A stretch of 64,000 bases of DNA, taken from positions 64,001 through 128,000 of the forward strand of contig CAVXJS010000011.1 in the NCBI GenBank assembly GCA_963762145.1. Direction: 5' to 3'. This document shows, piece after piece, positions 61,500-64,000 of this stretch (within the stretch, counting starts at the first letter, position 1; each line of letters begins with the position of its first letter). This stretch comes from an uncultured Candidatus Rokubacteria bacterium (lineage in GTDB: Bacteria; Methylomirabilota; Methylomirabilia; Rokubacteriales; CSP1-6). Under the pieces are notes generated by a model. It was given only the letters and a program-made list of their open reading frames with translations, searched no databases and had not been told where the DNA came from. Made by a program: the position numbers and the translations under genes.

Positions 61500-63209
61500 T
61501 CACGCCGGGAGCGTGTACCGCTGCTCGATCGCGGCTCGAATTCGGGCGCGGCTCTCCCGGGCGGGAAGGTTGTCCTCGCGCTCGATGGCGGCCGCGTCGT
61601 CCGCCAGCTCGTCGTTCTTGATGGCCTCACGGAACCAGCGCGAGTAGTGACCGTTGCGCAGATGGTGCCGCCACGTGTCGTCGTCCACGCCGTCGGCGAG
61701 CTGGACGAAGACCGCCAGATTCTGGGCGCGGAGATTGAGCCGGTCATCCGGCCCGCGGAAGTAAAAGCTTCGGTCGGGGCCAAGCTCGCCTTCCGCGTAC
61801 TTGCGGACGTGCCGCTGCCGCTCGGCGCGCGCCGGCGCGATCCGGAACGTGATCGGCGCGCCGGTGCCGGCTGGCGACCAGTAGCGCGCCTCTCCTGGGG
61901 CGAGCGGTGTCGGCGACCCGCGCGGGATGGACCGGCCAGTGGCCGTGCAGAACCCCCGGATGGCATCTTCGCCCGATCCTCCCACTCCGAGCACGACACT
62001 GACACCCGTCAGCACGGCCGGGGCGACGTGCTCGGGATGCACCGTGATGAGGATCACGTCGGTCAGGGTCTTGGGCATGAAGGTCGCGTGATCCCGCTCG
62101 GGTGGAAAGAGGTGATGGGCTTCGTCCACCACGAGCCAGTGAGGCCGGCCGACCCGCGCCCGCAACTCCTGCAGCCGCGGCAGCAGCGCGGCGAAGAATG
62201 CCGGCCGATCCTTGAGCGGGACCCCGAGCAGGTTCACGACCACGTGGCGATCGGGCGCGTCGAGGACCTTGACGATCTCGTCGGCGCTCGGCACGCGCTT
62301 TTGGTCACCGAGCACGATTGCGCCGGGCAGGGCCACATAGTCGCCCTCTGGATCGACGACGCAGATCTGGTAGTGGCGCTCCACCAGACGCTCCATGATC
62401 GAGGTGGCCAAGGTCGACTTGCCGCTGCCTGACGGCCCCGCGATCAGCACGCTGGCGCCATACGGTGGGATCGATACCTCTTCGGCCATCGCAGTCGTGC
62501 CGAGGCTGATCATGTGCCGGGCCAGCCGTGGCTTCAGCTCAGCGAGATCCGATCGAAGAAGGCGCTCGACGAGCTCCTGCGTGCCCATTCCATTGGCCTC
62601 CGCCGTGACCAGATCGGCGGTCGCCTTGAGCATGGGCAGCGCGTTCGCGACCGCCACCGCGCACTCGCATTGCGTCAGAAACGCGTGGTCGTTCTCCGCG
62701 TCGCCGACCCCCACGCAGTTGTGAGCCGATATTTTCAGGTCGCCGAGCGCGGCGACGAGCCCGGTGGCTTTGTTGACGCCCGGGGGCAGCACCATCACCG
62801 CACCCTTGTTGAAGATGACCTGCAGCTCGAGCCCGAGCGTCTGGATCGCTCGGAGGACGGTGGTGTCCCATGGCTGCCACGTGGCTACGATCACATGCCC
62901 GCGGTCGAGCGGTACCACGCCGGCGGCTCGGAGGACGTCGACCAACGCCTCCGGCACCGGATCGTGCAAGACGCGGGTCTCCTTGGTATCCGGCCGATAG
63001 ACGACCGCGCCATTCTCGGCAACCACACGCGCGAACAAGCTCACGCCGGGAAATACCTCGACGAGATCTTCGAGCCGGCGCCCGGTGACGAGCACGAGCT
63101 TGCGGCCGGTCTCGCTCAGTCGGCGTATCGCATCGAGCGTCGGCTCGGCCACCCGGCCGTCGTGTGCCAAGGTCCCATCGTAGTCGCACGCGAGCACGTG
63201 ATAGCGCAT
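61500..63209 (-). CDS. HAD-IIB phosphatase fused to P-loop ATPase (HerA/DUF87-like)
   Basis: ATG 63209 after AGGAG. DYDGT, TGR, GVNKA, GDAEND, then GPSGSGKST, DPEGDY, VVDEAHH. Confidence 0.85.
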   Translation of the reverse strand: MRYHVLACDYDGTLAHDGRVAEPTLDAIRRLSETGRKLVLVTGRRLEDLVEVFPGVSLFARVVAENGAVVYRPDTKETRVLHDPVPEALVDVLRAAGVVPLDRGHVIVATWQPWDTTVLRAIQTLGLELQVIFNKGAVMVLPPGVNKATGLVAALGDLKISAHNCVGVGDAENDHAFLTQCECAVAVANALPMLKATADLVTAEANGMGTQELVERLLRSDLAELKPRLARHMISLGTTAMAEEVSIPPYGASVLIAGPSGSGKSTLATSIMERLVERHYQICVVDPEGDYVALPGAIVLGDQKRVPSADEIVKVLDAPDRHVVVNLLGVPLKDRPAFFAALLPRLQELRARVGRPHWLVVDEAHHLFPPERDHATFMPKTLTDVILITVHPEHVAPAVLTGVSVVLGVGGSGEDAIRGFCTATGRSIPRGSPTPLAPGEARYWSPAGTGAPITFRIAPARAERQRHVRKYAEGELGPDRSFYFRGPDDRLNLRAQNLAVFVQLADGVDDDTWRHHLRNGHYSRWFREAIKNDELADDAAAIEREDNLPARESRARIRAAIEQRYTLPA

Positions 63210-63473
63210 CTTCTCCTGAGGTAAGCAAGCCATGTGCCCTACCAGGCCACGACGGTGCGACCTAGAATTCCCAACAACTTCGGAGCCAGTTCGGTCATGC
63301 GGCCAAGGTTTACTGGGTAGTATTAACGCGACGACGCCAACGTAGTGGCGGTTGTCAGAGCGCCGCTTTGCGTCACTTGGATCGGGCACAACGCCCGCAC
63401 CTTGACGGACTCGACCCGCCGTCTCGGCTCGTAAGGCCTTGCTTTGGCAGGAAATCCTGATGAAATTCGCCGC

Positions 63474-63489
63474 TGGCACAAAGGTTGAA
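63474..63489 (+). promoter_or_regulatory. Putative sigma-54 promoter (-24/-12)
   Basis: TGGCAC-AAAGG-TTGAA with correct spacing. -12 is GA rather than consensus GC. About 50 nt before SD AAGGGGAG of the 63537 gene. Confidence 0.55.
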
Positions 63490-63536
63490 TCTCTCCTGAC
63501 GGTTCGACTCGTACTGAAAGGATTAAGGGGAGAAAC

Positions 63537-63944
63537 ATGACTCGGCTACTGACGATCGATGGGGACCGGAACCGGGCGCAGGCCCTGGCCATGGAATGCC
63601 TCGAGCAGGGCGTGGCGGTGCGCATCGCCGAGACGCTGTGCGAGGGCGTGCGATATCTGCTCGACGCGCCGGTCTCGCTGGTCCTGGCGGAAGCGGGGAT
63701 GTTGCGGATGGCCAGCAGTGATCAGGCGCGCCTGTTCGAGACGGTGGCGCCCGGCGTGCCGGTGATCCTCACCGTGGACGCGGGGGCGAAGGTGGAGGAC
63801 CTGGTGAATCTGGAGCTGCAGGGGTTTCGCGTGATGACCCGGCCCTTCGTGCTGGGTGATCTGCTCGCGAAGATCGAGCTGCCGGCCAAGGGCGCGCCCG
63901 CCCGCCGGGATGCCCGCGCGCGGGTCGAGACGGTCTGTTGGTAG
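63537..63944 (+). CDS. Stand-alone receiver-like (pseudo-REC) protein
   Basis: REC topology (LLTIDGD, SLVLAE, PVILT, MTRPF) without the canonical phosphoacceptor Asp and Lys. Confidence 0.6.
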   Translation: MTRLLTIDGDRNRAQALAMECLEQGVAVRIAETLCEGVRYLLDAPVSLVLAEAGMLRMASSDQARLFETVAPGVPVILTVDAGAKVEDLVNLELQGFRVMTRPFVLGDLLAKIELPAKGAPARRDARARVETVCW

Positions 63945-63955
63945 GGAGCGCATCG

Positions 63956-64000
63956 ATGGGAAAGCGATGGATCTTCGCCCTGACGGTGGCCGCGGTGCTG
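63956..64000 (+). CDS. Start of a secreted protein (truncated by window end)
   Basis: AGGGAG SD, then MGKRWIFALTVAAVL signal-peptide-like sequence. Confidence 0.5.
   Translation, partial: MGKRWIFALTVAAVL

Noticed and set aside
63330-63400. GTGACGCAAAGC on the minus strand resembling a c-di-GMP-I (GEMM) riboswitch core upstream of the HAD-ATPase
   Set aside because: The upstream GGCAAAC…GAAA P2 stem-loop is not present. An Infernal/Rfam scan would be needed, and it is not supportable by eye

Overview
A bacterial chromosome segment of about 70% GC with roughly 55 densely packed CDSs. Gene content and style suggest a soil metagenome bin, possibly Ca. Rokubacteria/Methylomirabilota, but this is inference and was not tested. 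I found no rRNA, tRNA, CRISPR array, integrase or transposase. Most of the window is housekeeping or catabolic: a UvrD-nuclease, a CyaC-like cyclase, a hydantoinase/carbamoylase pair, a dpp-type ABC transporter, two sigma-54 two-component pairs, an M1 aminopeptidase, rpsU, a split B12 methionine synthase and aroK. The standout is a five-gene minus-strand operon (431-11032). It begins with a stand-alone FabF-like ketosynthase whose active site has diverged and which has no ACP or chain-length-factor partner. This is followed by two 7TM-GAF-PAS histidine kinases, a His->Asp pseudokinase and a hybrid kinase. The synthase and the receptor input domains lie in a low-GC segment whose left edge falls inside a kinase gene, the architecture of agr/comQXP-type specificity cassettes. 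This is a candidate ketosynthase-based, lipid-signal quorum-sensing system. Other signals: many apparently leaderless genes (including rpsU), two CTG-start/TGA-stop overlaps, a class III cyclase with non-canonical catalytic residues, and REP-like palindromes, one of which has entered the aroK reading frame. Four +1 frameshifts between 14.3 and 18.6 kb are probably sequencing errors. Many long ORFs in the supplied track are GC-rich shadow frames.
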